Shown in pieces: positions 10,764-21,835 of a stretch of 64,000 nt of DNA. The DNA lies in assembly GCA_965237955.1 (NCBI GenBank), contig OZ250169.1:3840001-3904000 (forward strand). The letters are read 5' to 3'. Below the pieces are notes generated by a model. The model saw only the letters and a list, made by a program, of their open reading frames with translations. It had not been told where the DNA came from and did not search any database. Each line of letters begins with the position of its first letter. Position 1 is the stretch's first letter. Position numbers and translations under genes: made by a program. This stretch comes from Candidatus Marinacidobacterales bacterium. GTDB lineage: Bacteria > Acidobacteriota > Vicinamibacteria > Marinacidobacterales > SMYC01.

Positions 10764-11902
10764 TCACCCGTTGTAGCTGATGCGCCTCTCGTTCACATCG
10801 ACAATGAGTTGCAAGTACCGCTCGACGAACTCGTACTGGCCCGACGGATACCACAGCGGCTGGATGTTCAATGTCAGCGACCGCGTTCGCCTTCTCTTGT
10901 TTGGCCTGCGCGTCTTCCGGCGCGGGAAGGATCGCGTAGTGGTTCGGGATAGCGTACTCGTCCGCCTTCGTCGCCTTCTCGAGCAATTCTAGCGTCCAGT
11001 CCTGCTCCAAGCTACAACCGAGGAAGAGCAGCGATTGAGACACGAAAGCTTGCCGCAACGCCTTTGGCAACGGTTTGTGGAAGTCGAACGGGTTGCCGTA
11101 GCCGTCGGTGTACTGCGCCTGAGTCAGAATATGAGTTTCTGGGTTGTCCGCATCGCCATGCAGCTTGAGCAAACAGCGATCGCCGCGCACAAGTCGGGGA
11201 AAGAAGTTGTGCTCCTGCGTACCGTGCATGTAGGCGTGGAATTCCACGCCTACACCCCGGTAGGTCTGCTCGATCGCGTCATCGAAGTTGGTGGTGATGA
11301 CACAGCCCTTCGCGATGCGGGGCAGCAGCCCCATCGGTCCACCCAACTTGATCTTCTGGACGCGGTACTTTCGTCCGGACGAAGTTCGACGTCTGCACTG
11401 CATCGTGTTCCACGAGCGCCTGAGCCGCGGCCACGTAATTACCGGCATCGATCAGCGCGAAGATTCCCGCGGCGTCTGCGCCCGGCAGGCGACCCAAAAG
11501 CTCCTTGAGTGCCTCGCCCCACAAGGGCATGCCCATCGGCTTGGACATGCCTGCGCCGACAAACGGCACAACGCGCCCGCGCTCGACGGCTGCGAGCAGA
11601 TCCTGGAACGGTGCCTCTGCCGCTTGAGCGCGGATGAGCTCGATGACCTCCTTATGCCGGGCCTGATGGGTGTCGTCCTCCCACGCCGTGCGCTCGTCGT
11701 CGTAGGCTTCGCGGTCGAGCCAGAACAGCACTTTGCTGCGTTCGTACTGGTAGGCGTCCACATCCGGGCGCGGGCTCGGGAGACTCAGCGGCTCTTCGCC
11801 GTCGAAGAACGCATTGAATTCCGCGTTGGCGTCGTACTGATTGCCGAGAATCCGCAGGGCCTCGGCCAGCAACTGCTTGTGCGGCTTTTCTGCGTCGTTC
11901 AT
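10764..11902 (-). pseudogene. SIR2-like domain protein between hsdS and hsdR, frameshifts near 11370 and 10885
   Basis: VPFVGAGMS..MPLW, ITTNFD, LLKLHGD, SLLFLGCSL; start overlaps the hsdS stop; stop 8 nt before the hsdR start. Confidence 0.85.
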
Positions 11903-13143
11903 GCGGCACCTTCGAGCGGGACACGGAGTTCGCCGGACAAAAACTTCGGAAGGAGTGCGTCGCGCATCATAGCCAATAACTGGGATTCCTGGTCACTTGC
12001 GAACATCCGATCCCGCATCGGCTTCACAAATCGATCGAACTCTTTCCGCAGATCACCGGGAGGGCTCGCCACGAGCAGTCGATATGCATTGTTACGGTTC
12101 AGTCCGGGTACCGCCGCATCAGTATTCATTCGATCGAGGCCCAGCGTCTGCAGCACGTAGAAACAGAATGTGAGCTCGACCTTTGGTACGACATAAAACA
12201 CCGTGTCGATCGGATAGAACGGTTTGTCCTCCCAGTACAGGCTGCCGACCGTGCCTTTGCGCCCGACAATGACACCGGGCCCATCGACTAGACCCTCGTT
12301 GTGGTACCCAGTGACTCCGCCGGACCCGTAAACGGGAACAGATCCCGCTACTCGGTCTGTCGACTTGAGCGCTTTCCCGTAGGCCAGTTCAAGCAAGTGG
12401 TCCACACGCTCCCGCCGCCACCCCTCCGGAATCTCGCCGAACTCGGAGTCGACGAGGCGGTCGGGGAAGAGCGCGAGGAGGTCGGGGGTGAGCCCGAGGC
12501 GGCGGCAGATGGACTCCGGCGGCTCGCCGCTGGCTTTGGCGCGTACGGGTTCGAAGTCCACGAACCAGCACTTGAAGATCGCCCGCGCGATAGCCTCCAG
12601 CGTCTCGTTCATCCGGCGGTTCAGTTCGATCTTGTCGTCGAGGGTACCGAGGACATGGTAGATCCGCTCCCGCTCGTCGGCCTCGGGTAACAGAATCGGA
12701 AGCTGCGCGACATCTTTAAGATTGAGCGTCGCCTGCACCGTGGTATTGAGGCGACCGTCGATCATCGCGCGCACTTGGGGGGCGTTCAGTGCGAGCTTCA
12801 CCCAATGCGCCCCAACGCCATCGCGAACGGGGATCACAGCTACCGCGCGCGCTACGTTCCATCCTCGCAAGGTATCGGGGACGACAGCCACCTCGCCGAC
12901 GGTGCCAACTACGGTGAGCAGCAATTCCCCACCGCGCAGTCGGGTTCTCGAATACGCCGACTCGACCGCTGGTGAAACTCGCAGAGGCTGATCGACCCTA
13001 ATTCGGCCATCACGGATATCGGCTACTCGCACGATCGGAACGCCGCCATCCGTATGTGGACCTGGCTGCACTATGCCGTACGAGATCCCTCGACCTTCGG
13101 CTAAGAGAGACGAGCGAGGTACTGACGGCCACTCATCAGCCAT
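11899..13143 (-). CDS. hsdS: Type I RM specificity subunit
   Basis: LDDKIELNRRMNETLEAIARAIF, FGEIPEGW, RDALLPKFLSGELRV; two TRDs. Confidence 0.93.
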   Translation of the reverse strand: MADEWPSVPRSSLLAEGRGISYGIVQPGPHTDGGVPIVRVADIRDGRIRVDQPLRVSPAVESAYSRTRLRGGELLLTVVGTVGEVAVVPDTLRGWNVARAVAVIPVRDGVGAHWVKLALNAPQVRAMIDGRLNTTVQATLNLKDVAQLPILLPEADERERIYHVLGTLDDKIELNRRMNETLEAIARAIFKCWFVDFEPVRAKASGEPPESICRRLGLTPDLLALFPDRLVDSEFGEIPEGWRRERVDHLLELAYGKALKSTDRVAGSVPVYGSGGVTGYHNEGLVDGPGVIVGRKGTVGSLYWEDKPFYPIDTVFYVVPKVELTFCFYVLQTLGLDRMNTDAAVPGLNRNNAYRLLVASPPGDLRKEFDRFVKPMRDRMFASDQESQLLAMMRDALLPKFLSGELRVPLEGAA

Positions 13144-14778
13144 AACCCAGCCTCGCTAAGTTCTTTCGAATCACCTTCCCCAACCGCGCGCTCTCTCCAA
13201 ACTGCTCGTCGAGCTGCGCCGTCAGCCGTTCCATCTTTTCCTCGAAGGGTTCGCCGTCCACTTCCCTTTCTGCCGCGCCGACGTAGCGGCCGGGCGTGAG
13301 CACGTAGTCGTGCTTGCGGATGTCTTCCAGCTTCGCCACCTTGCAGAAACCAGGCACGTCGGCGTAGCCCTCGCCGCGCTTCCACGCATTGAAGGTACCG
13401 GCGACCGTGCGGATGTCGTCCGCGCTGAAGTCGCGCAGCACGCGGTCCTTCATGTAGCCGAGGTTGCGGGCGTCGATGAAGAGCGTCTCGCCCGCGCGGT
13501 CGAGCCCGCCCGCCTTGTCGTTCCCTCGGGCAGCCTTGCTGCGCGTGAGGAACCAGATGCAGGCGGGGATCTGCGTGTTGGTGAAGAGCTGGCCGGGCAG
13601 CGCCACCATGCACTCGACGAGGTCGGCCTCGACGATGGCCTTGCGGATTTTGCCTTCATTATTGGTGTTGCTGCTCATCGAGCCGTTGGCGAGCAAGAGC
13701 GCCATGCTGCCGTGCGGCGCTAGGTGGTGGATCATGTGCTGCATCCACGCGAAGTTCGCGTTGCCCGCGGGCGGGATACCGTACTTCCAGCGCGGGTCGT
13801 CGTCCTTCACGCCGGCGTTCCATTCCTTCATGTTGAAAGGCGGGTTTGCCATGATGTAGTCGGCGCGCAGGTCGGGGTGCTGGTCGCGGCTGAAGGTGTT
13901 GGCCGGCTCCCTGCCGAAGTCGAAGTCCATGCCGCGGATGGCCATATTCATCGAGGCCAGCCGCCAGGTGGTAGGGTTGGACTCCTGGCCGTAGATCGAA
14001 ATCTGGCCCAGGCGCCCGCCGTGCTCTTCGACGAACTTATCGCTCTGCACGAAGAAGCCTCCCGAGCCGCAGCAGGGGTCGTACACGCGGCCCTGGAACG
14101 GCTGCAGCATCTCGACAATGACGGTGACGATGCTCTTCGGCGTGTAGTACTGCCCGCCCTTCTTGCCCTCGGCGATGGCGAACTCGCCGAGGAAGTACTC
14201 GTACACGTGGCCGAGGATGTCCTTGGCCTTGAGCGTGCCGTGGTGGAAAGGGATCTCGGCGATGAGGTCAATCAGCCCCGGCAGCGCGGTGTCGATCTGC
14301 TTTCGCGCATAGTCCTTCTCCAGCACGCCCTTGAGTCTGGGGTTTTCCTTCTCCACCGCTTCCAGCGCATCGTCCAGTAGGCGGCCGATGCCCTTGAATT
14401 CGTACTCACTGGTCTTGCCGTTTTTGACTTGAAGCTTGGTGCCGACCGCTACCTTGGCGTGCGATTGGATGAAGTCCCAGCGCGCCAGCGCCGGGACCCA
14501 GAAGACGTTCTTCTCGGTGTAGTAGTCGCGCGCCTCGATTTCTTCAGGGAGCAACTCCTCGGCGTCGTCGCCCAGATAGTAATCATTCTTCGCGTCGCGG
14601 AAGGCCGCCTCCAGCTCCGCGCGGCGCTCCTTGAAAGCGTCCTAACGTACTTCAAGAAAATCAGACCCAGAACCACGTACTTGTACACGGCGGCGTCCAG
14701 CATCGGCAGTAGCTTGTTGGCGGCTGTCCAGAGCTTTTTGTCGAGATCGTTGAGGAATTGCTGTTTTTCGAGGTTCAT
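13136..14778 (-). pseudogene. hsdM: Type I RM adenine methyltransferase, one frameshift near 14642
   Basis: LWTAANKL..YKYVVLGLIFLKY; GQYYTP, YDPCCGSGGF, MANPPFN, LTPGRYV. Confidence 0.93.
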
Positions 14779-15250
14779 TGACGCCCTCTCGCATGATGGC
14801 TACCCCAAGAGATAACGACGTTCGTTTCGTTGAAACGCCTCCTCGCCGCCCTTGAGGATTCTGCAGACTTGTTCGCGAATGTCGACTGCGGGCTCAGAAG
14901 AAGATTCCCGAGCGGGCGGGCGTCGGAGGGTAGGTTCGGCCTCTCACCCATGAGCACAGCGTAGCGAGTGATACTTGAAGATTTTGGGCGCCTCCGCCAG
15001 CGTGTAGGGCGGGAACGTCGATGATTCGCGTGCGCCCCGACTCGCATGGGTTCGGTTCGTCGCCATGACCTCCTGCCCTTGAACTGATTCTATCGCCTCA
15101 CGGGAAGGGCCGCGACCGCTCCCGCTATAAATGGCGAAGTTTGAGAATGTTACGGCTATCACCCATATGCTACCTAATCGCGACGTCGTTTACTTCTCCT
15201 ACAGTCTCTATCACTTGAGGAACTAGACATCGGTCTCACTTACTTAAAAT

Positions 15251-16969
15251 GCCTCTCCTGCCATTTCAGTGGATCCTCTCGAGGGTGAGACCGCCACAGT
15301 TTAGGTAGACGAGACTGATGAGAGCTTCGGCAGAGTGGAGTCCAAAGCTGCGGTGGCTCAGCAGCCGGATTTTGTTGTTCATTCCTTCGAGTCGGCCGTT
15401 GCTGAGTCTCCACGTGACCCACGCGATGACGCCATCGAAGTGGCTGCGGATCATCTTCGCCGCGCGTTTGACGGGCTCTATCCTCGAGCTCATAGCGCGC
15501 CGCAGCCATCCTCGGAGAAACTTCTTGGCCCATGTCTCGGTTTTGTAGGTGTAGAGGTCCATGAAGTCGTCGCGCAGAAGCATGGCGCGGTAGAGGCGAC
15601 GATTAGCTCGCACCTGCTCGCGGAGCACCCGTTTGTCTTTCGCGCTGCGGTTGTGTTTGGCCTTGAGAAGGGGAAACTTGGTGTTCTTGAGGTTGCGCCG
15701 GGCAGTCCCTTTGAGCTCGCGCACCAGCTCGCGCCGGGTCTTATCCACGGCCTCGTTCAGATGCTTGACGATGTGGAAGCGGTCAAAGATCACCCGTGCC
15801 TGAGGAGCCTTTTTGCCGACGACAGTTATGTACGGCTCCCACATGTCCATGCTGACCGCTTCGAGCTCCGCGGCTCTTTGTGGTCCGAGCTTGCGGAAAA
15901 ACCGCAGCAGCGTCTTGGCCTTGCGCTCCTTTCCCGCCCAGACGACCCGGCCGCTGAGATGGTCTATTACCACTGTTAAGTACTTGTGGCGTTTGCGGTA
16001 GCTGATCTCGTCCATCCCAATCACCCGCAATCCATCGAGCTCGCGCCGCTCATCCCGCTGCTCGGCAACCACTCGCTGGATGATCCGTCGCACCGAACGC
16101 CACGTCACTCGGAAATAGTTCGCTACGGCGCTGACGTCCGTCCTCTGTGCCAGCCACGCTACCTCTTGTTCGAAGCTTTTGGTAAAGCGGCTTCCCTTGT
16201 CTGCCCAAGGCACCTTTTCTCTGACCACTCCACACCGCCGACATAGCACTCGTCGGATCGAGTAGCGAAGATAGGTCCGGACTCCGAACAGGTCCAAGTG
16301 CCGCCAGTAGCGATTGTAGCGATCTTTGTTCTTGCGGACCTTTCGTCCGCAAATCCCGCACAGAGGCTTCCTCCTCCGTGGTACTACATCCACCACCACT
16401 CTGGCTTTGTCCGCCTGGAAGTGGAAACCTCGGACCCACAGGCCTTGCAATCCGATGAGCTTGTTGACTAACGTAGTAACGCGCATCGCGGGAACGCTCT
16501 TTTCTCTTTCGGAAAAAAAGATTCTAGCGTTCTCGCCGATGCGCATCTACACATGGCTTACCCTCTCAACCCACGGGCCTCACCAAATGCCACTGCCCCT
16601 CAGCGGGAGACGAGGCTGTGGGAAACGCCCCCACGGTTCTGGTCGTTCAGACCTTGCTCACGACTGAGTTCTCTTCGAAGCCTGGAAGGGCGTTTTCCAT
16701 AGCCTCCACTAATCGAGCCCCCCCTTCCTTATTCCATATGAATTAATCTTTCTTGTATATATATCAGGAGGGGCCTGTGGGCGCTCGTGGGAAACGCGAA
16801 GCGTTTTCCAAGCGATTGTGGAAAACGCCGCTCCACGTTTGTACGTGCTCACAACCTTTCCCTAAACGCCTCTCTCGCCCGGAGTTTCCGGCGTTTTCCA
16901 CAATCGCGGCAGCGTCCATAGGCCATGCCCTCCAACACAAATCAGATCCCCCGAAACGACAGGAGAACC
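15251..16969 (-). mobile_element. ISL3-family IS (1719 bp)
   Basis: Imperfect IRs GCCTCTCCTGCCATTTCAG / CCGAAACGACAGGAGAACC; 8-bp target duplication CTTAAAAT (15243-50, 16970-77). Confidence 0.9.
15266..16486 (-). CDS. ISL3 transposase
   Basis: Zn finger CGIC/CRRC, GMDEISYRKRHKYLT, SMDMW, FDRFH, SNGRLEGMNNKI. Confidence 0.93.
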   Translation of the reverse strand: MRVTTLVNKLIGLQGLWVRGFHFQADKARVVVDVVPRRRKPLCGICGRKVRKNKDRYNRYWRHLDLFGVRTYLRYSIRRVLCRRCGVVREKVPWADKGSRFTKSFEQEVAWLAQRTDVSAVANYFRVTWRSVRRIIQRVVAEQRDERRELDGLRVIGMDEISYRKRHKYLTVVIDHLSGRVVWAGKERKAKTLLRFFRKLGPQRAAELEAVSMDMWEPYITVVGKKAPQARVIFDRFHIVKHLNEAVDKTRRELVRELKGTARRNLKNTKFPLLKAKHNRSAKDKRVLREQVRANRRLYRAMLLRDDFMDLYTYKTETWAKKFLRGWLRRAMSSRIEPVKRAAKMIRSHFDGVIAWVTWRLSNGRLEGMNNKIRLLSHRSFGLHSAEALISLVYLNCGGLTLERIH

Positions 16970-18390
16970 CTTAAAATAAGGGACTTATACCTATGGCTTG
17001 ACACGCGCCCGCCGCTTCCGGTGGGCGGCGAGGCTGGATTTGGCATGGCGCTTGCGCTTGCGCTTCCGCTCGTCGTCACCGTCCTGCGGCTTAGGTTTGA
17101 TTTTTTTGGTGCGTGGTAGCGGGCGTTTTCTAAGCAAGTCGTTTATTTACAACTGCTTAGGTACGAGGTGTGGATCGTAATAAGTCATCGTGTCTCCCGT
17201 TGGGAGACAGCCGGACGAGCCCGGCCTCGGTGAGTTCGGGCGCTGTGGGCTGCGCCAGCAGCCCAGCCATGTAGCGGCGGCGGATTTCCCTGTTTCCTAG
17301 CGGCTTCCGTGTTCCACTATCGCCCTTATGGGGTTGTCAAGCTAGTCCCATGGAACAGAAAAAGCTAGACAACACTGGCACTTCTGTGATCTGCTAAATG
17401 CATGAAACACAAGGGCCGGCGAAAAGCCGAATTGAAGCTGTCGTCTCAAGAAAGCGAAGCGCTGACGCGACTGGCGCGACGCAGCCGTAGTTCGCCGCAC
17501 CAAGCCTTCCGAGCGAAGATCGTGCTGGATTGCGCGGCGGGTCTGACGAATATGGAAGTTGCTAGGAAGATGCACACCATGAGGAGCACGGTGGGCAAGT
17601 GGCGAAGACGCTTTGTAGAACAACGAATGGAAGGGTTGTACGACGAACCTCGGCCGGGAGCGGCTCGCAAAATCGGCGATGACCAGATCGAGGAAGTCGT
17701 GACCAAGACGCTGGAGACGACTCCAAAGGGGAGAACCCATTGGAGTACGCGCTCGATGGCCAAGCATCTTGGGCTGAGTCATTCGACGATTGGACGTATT
17801 TGGCGAACGTTCGGGCTTCAACCGCACCGCTCGGAATCGTTTCGTCTCTCGCAAGACCCACAACTGGTCGAAAAAGTACGCGACGTTGTTGGCCTGTATA
17901 TGAACCCACCGGATAACGCGGTCGTCCTGTGCGTCGACGAGAAATCGCAGATTCAAGCGCTCGAGCGTGCTCAACCTGCGTATTCCAGCCATCGTGAACG
18001 CCGAATCCAGAGCAAGCTGAACAGCGAATCCGGTGAAGCCGAACGCTCATCGAAGCGATGAAGTGTTGGGTGACCTCCTTCCCACTGATTGAAAACGTGA
18101 ACCTATCTTACCTGCGTGTTGTGTAGCAAGGGGCGGCAGGTCGGTGCCGGAGGGAGCGGGCGTAAGGAAAGACGCGAAGCGACCTTCCCGCTCCCGTAGG
18201 CAGCGACCTGCCGCGGCCGAACCCCGGGCGATGTGGGGCTGGTTTCGGGGGGTTGCTGGGGTATGGCCTGGCTCGAGAAGACGCTTCCTGAGGCATTCTC
18301 GCGCGTCGTTTTGGCGCCGCATCGTCTGGTACCCCGGGTTTGGCGGTTTCACCCGTTTTTATCGCATCGACGCTGTGGTCCCTCGCTCGC

Positions 18391-19149
18391 TCATGCATCG
18401 GCGTTGTCAAATGCCTTTGGCGCAGCCTTGGTCTTTCTCAGAGAAGCTCCTTTGAGAGTGATGCGGTGCGCGCTGTGGAGAATGCGATCGCAGATAGCGT
18501 CTGCCTGGTTTGGGTCGCCAATCGCTTCGTGCCACTGCTTGAGCGGAATCTGGGTCGCGATGAGTGTGGAGCCACGCTCGGCGCGGTCTTCGATGACCTC
18601 CATTAGATCCCGTCTCTCCGATTCTTTCAGCGGGTGAAGCAGCCAATCATCGATAGCCAGTAAGTCCAGCTTGGCGAGTTTCGTCAAAAGCCGGGCGTAG
18701 GAACCATCACCACGAGCGACCGCGAGCTCGTGGAGCAAGCGCGGTGCTCGCACGTAGCATCCGGTGAAGCCGCGACGACAGGCCCGCTCCACGAAGGCGC
18801 AAGCCAAGAACGATTTGCCAATCCCCGTCGGGCCGGTGATGAGCAGGTTATGGCGCTCACCGACAAAGCGGCAGTTGCCCAGGCTCAAGATCTGTTCGCG
18901 GTTTAAGCCTCGAGGCGCTTGGAAGTTCACGTTCTCCAAACATGCCGGATAGCGGAGCTTTGCCGCTCGCAGTCGTCGAGAAAGCTTACGCTGTTCGCGG
19001 GCGGTCCACTCGGCATCGACCAGGAGTCCCACACGTTCCTCGAAGCTCAGCTCCTTGTATTCGCTCGAGCTCAACTGGGTTTCGAACGCGGACACCAAGC
19101 CGAACAACTTCATGGCGTTCATCTTTTCTATCGTTTCGGGTGTCAGCAT
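18391..19149 (-). CDS. istB: IS21 helper ATPase
   Basis: GPTGIGKS Walker A, LLAIDDW, ADAICDRILH. Confidence 0.93.
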   Translation of the reverse strand: MLTPETIEKMNAMKLFGLVSAFETQLSSSEYKELSFEERVGLLVDAEWTAREQRKLSRRLRAAKLRYPACLENVNFQAPRGLNREQILSLGNCRFVGERHNLLITGPTGIGKSFLACAFVERACRRGFTGCYVRAPRLLHELAVARGDGSYARLLTKLAKLDLLAIDDWLLHPLKESERRDLMEVIEDRAERGSTLIATQIPLKQWHEAIGDPNQADAICDRILHSAHRITLKGASLRKTKAAPKAFDNADA

Positions 19150-20699
19150 CGGGACTCTCCTCCTTCGTAGTGATCCGCGCCTCGGATGTTCTCGTGCTCC
19201 TCTCGCGGTTTCGCTTCGGCGTCCGATTCGAGCACCACACGATCCAGACCAGCCGAGAGAATGTTTTTCACCGTGCGATAGCTGTAAGAGCTCAAAGCTT
19301 CCGCTCGTGCGCAAGCGGCCTCGAGACGCTCACTGCCCCAGCGGCTGCCTAGTCGCATGACTCCCAGGCAAGAGCGAAATCCCTGCTCCGGGTGAGGACG
19401 ACTCTCTAGAATCCCCGCAACCAGCCTTCCCGTGGCGCGACCTGACTGCTCCGCCCAGTGGAGCAGCCGCGACGGCGTCCACTCCAGGTGCTCCCGATGC
19501 GAACGTGGCATATGCTCCGGGTTCGTGGAGTAGTGCCCCTTTCCTTTCTTGCGGGGATGCGACGCGACGCGCTTTCCCTTGAACAGGACCTCCACCACCG
19601 AGGCCGTCACCCGTGCCTCGACTTTCTCGTGAATGAGCTGATAGGGAACGCTGTACAAGTTGTTCTCCACCTCCACGTGGTAGTCGATGTTCACTCTGCA
19701 CCGCTTCCACGTCGATAACTCGTAGCTCTCCTGCGGTAGCGGTTTCAGTACGGGCCGGTCTAGCCTTTCGTACAACTCCCGCCGACTCACACCGAGCTTC
19801 TGCATCGGACGCGCATTCAGGACCTCTAACTTCTCCCAGATGGCTTCGTTCAGTTCCGCCAGGCTGAAGAACGTGCGATGACGAAGCACCGCCAGGATCC
19901 AGCGCTGCGCCACCTGCACTGCCGACTCCACCTTCGCTTTGTCTTTCGGCTTGAACACCCGAGCCGGGACCACAACCGCACCGTAATGCGTCGCCAGCTC
20001 TTCGTACGTCCGGTTGATCCCTGGCTCGTAACGGTCCACCAAATCCACGCCGCTCTTCAAGTTGTCCGGAACCCAGATCTCCGTACTGCCACCGAAGTAA
20101 TCCGACATCCCCTTATGGGCCTTCGCCCACGATTCCAGCGACTGGTTCAGTGTCGCTTCGACGTAGGTGTAACTGCTCGCGCCCAACGTCCCGACGAACA
20201 GCTCCATTTCGACGAGCTCTCCCGTTTTCGGATCGACGATGTGAGGCTTCTTCCCCGAAAAATCGACGAATGTCTTCTCGCCTGCTCGATGCCGTTGACG
20301 CATCGTCGGGTTCAGCTTCTTCTTCCACTGACCGTACAGCTCGCAATAACGGCTGTAGCCGTACGCTCCCGGCTTATTCTCCGCGTACTCCACCCACAGC
20401 TGCAGCAACGTCAGCTCTCGGTGACGCCTCAGCTCCTCGTGGATGTGGGCATAGTCCAGACCCGGCCGTGCGCCAGACGAGCCCGGCGGCGGAAACAGCC
20501 CTGCCTCCAGCTCCCCTTCGCTCAGCTCCTCCGGGAGCGGCCAGCTCAGACCACCCTTCTTCGCCTTGGCCAGGTACTCACTCACCGTTCCAACCGCCAC
20601 GCGAAGTGCCTTTGCGATCATGCGGTGAGTAAAACCCAGCTCGTACTTTAACCTTAGAACCTCTCGTATTTTTCTCATCGATAACCTCTTAGCTGCCAT
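19143..20699 (-). CDS. istA: IS21 transposase
   Basis: MRQRHRAGEKTFVDFSG, VPDNLKSGV, KPKDKAKVE, YSVP. Confidence 0.95.
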   Translation of the reverse strand: MAAKRLSMRKIREVLRLKYELGFTHRMIAKALRVAVGTVSEYLAKAKKGGLSWPLPEELSEGELEAGLFPPPGSSGARPGLDYAHIHEELRRHRELTLLQLWVEYAENKPGAYGYSRYCELYGQWKKKLNPTMRQRHRAGEKTFVDFSGKKPHIVDPKTGELVEMELFVGTLGASSYTYVEATLNQSLESWAKAHKGMSDYFGGSTEIWVPDNLKSGVDLVDRYEPGINRTYEELATHYGAVVVPARVFKPKDKAKVESAVQVAQRWILAVLRHRTFFSLAELNEAIWEKLEVLNARPMQKLGVSRRELYERLDRPVLKPLPQESYELSTWKRCRVNIDYHVEVENNLYSVPYQLIHEKVEARVTASVVEVLFKGKRVASHPRKKGKGHYSTNPEHMPRSHREHLEWTPSRLLHWAEQSGRATGRLVAGILESRPHPEQGFRSCLGVMRLGSRWGSERLEAACARAEALSSYSYRTVKNILSAGLDRVVLESDAEAKPREEHENIRGADHYEGGESRC

Positions 20700-20759
20700 T
20701 TCCTAGATCGTCCTCCTTCCGGGTACGACCTAGAGTTGCCTTGAAACGTGCTATCGATG

Positions 20760-20919
20760 AGCGTTCGCGATGCCGGAACCGGCGTTCACGTTGCCTGGAA
20801 TCCGTGTTCACCTTCCCCGGAATCGATGTTCACGATCCCCGGAATCCGTGTTCACGATGCTTTGGAATGGATGTTCACCTTCGGCTGGAATCTGCGTTCA
20901 CGATGCCCCGGAATACGCA
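20760..20919. repeat. IS21 terminal ~22-bp repeats (GGAATC..GTTCAC)
   Basis: About seven degenerate units at the istA-proximal end; same in copy 2. Confidence 0.85.
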
Positions 20920-21835
20920 CTCAACCTGTCCTGCCCATGAGCTTGGGCCAGCCCGAGCGACAAACCCACGACTACATTCGGCATGGAACGACTGACCTGT
21001 TTGCCGCACTCGACGCCGCAACAGGTGAAGTCTTCGGAAAGTGCTACGCGCGACATCGAGCGCTAGAGTTCAAGAAGTTCCTCGCTGAGATCGAAGCAGC
21101 CGTTCCCAGCGAGTTGGACATCCACGTCGTGCTCGACAATCTCGCCACGCACAAGACACCGGCGATCAAACGCTGGCTTTCCAAGCGACCTCGGTTCCAC
21201 TTTCACTTCACACCGACACACGCCTCTTGGCTCAACTTCGCTGAGCGCTTCTTTGGCTTGCTCACCGAACACGCCTTGCGACGAGGCTCGCACACGAGCG
21301 TGCCTCAGCTCCGCGTTGCGATACAAGACTATCTCGATGCTCACAACGAGAACCCAAAGCCGTTCAAGTGGACGAAATCCGCCGACCAAATCCTCGAAAC
21401 CATCGCTCGGTTCGCCCAGCGAACGCTCATACACATGGCAAATCGAATTTGGACAGTAATTAAAGATCCAGGGGACTAGCGGTATAAGTCCCTAAAATAA
21501 ATGGGAAGGGCGCAGCGCCGGTTAACACCGGGGTAACGTTGGACGGACGGTCCCGTGGAGCGATGCCGAGGAGAGATCCGGGATTCAGAGACGACTTCTG
21601 AGACGAAGGAGACGAGCCGAAGGCGCGGCTCGCGCTGGAAATCTCGCTGGTTGAGCGTGACCGCAGGGACGTCTTCGTACAAACGGCCGTGGCGCAATGC
21701 AGACGTCGGCGACAAGGATGGGATGCTCCGCAAAACCCTGATGGCGAATGGAGGCCCAGGTCTCGCATGGTGGTTCATTTAGGGGTGATCCGTGCGCGAC
21801 GACGTGCGACAATCCAACTTGAGCGAGACGAGAAC

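Larger units (their letters stand above)
17977..20919 (-). mobile_element. IS21-family IS copy 1 (2943 bp)
   Basis: TGCGTATTCC...GGAATACGCA ends; 7-bp duplication CTCAACC; multiple terminal GTTCAC repeats. Confidence 0.95.
17342..21479 (+). mobile_element. IS630-family IS interrupted by IS21
   Basis: CTAGTCCCATGG...CCAGGGGACTAG termini; transposase halves rejoin as ERAQPVLPM. Confidence 0.92.
17402..21479 (+). pseudogene. IS630 transposase split at 17976/20927
   Basis: HTH region PRPG, HWSTRSMA, CVDEKSQIQAL; [26 protein letters not shown]; stop is the terminal TAG. Confidence 0.92.

Noticed and set aside
9535-11448. 637-aa ORF suggesting a SIR2-HsdR fusion
   Set aside because: Created by the frameshift near 10885; the sensible SIR2 C-terminus stops at 10764 and HsdR has its own ATG at 10755.
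14790-15066. Possible degraded DUF433-type gene upstream of hsdM
   Set aside because: Only a short PYTLAEA similarity; too weak to call.
20760-20919. Regular ~22-bp repeats resembling a mini CRISPR array (also 60803-60962)
   Set aside because: No spacers or cas genes; they are the multiple terminal repeats typical of IS21 ends.
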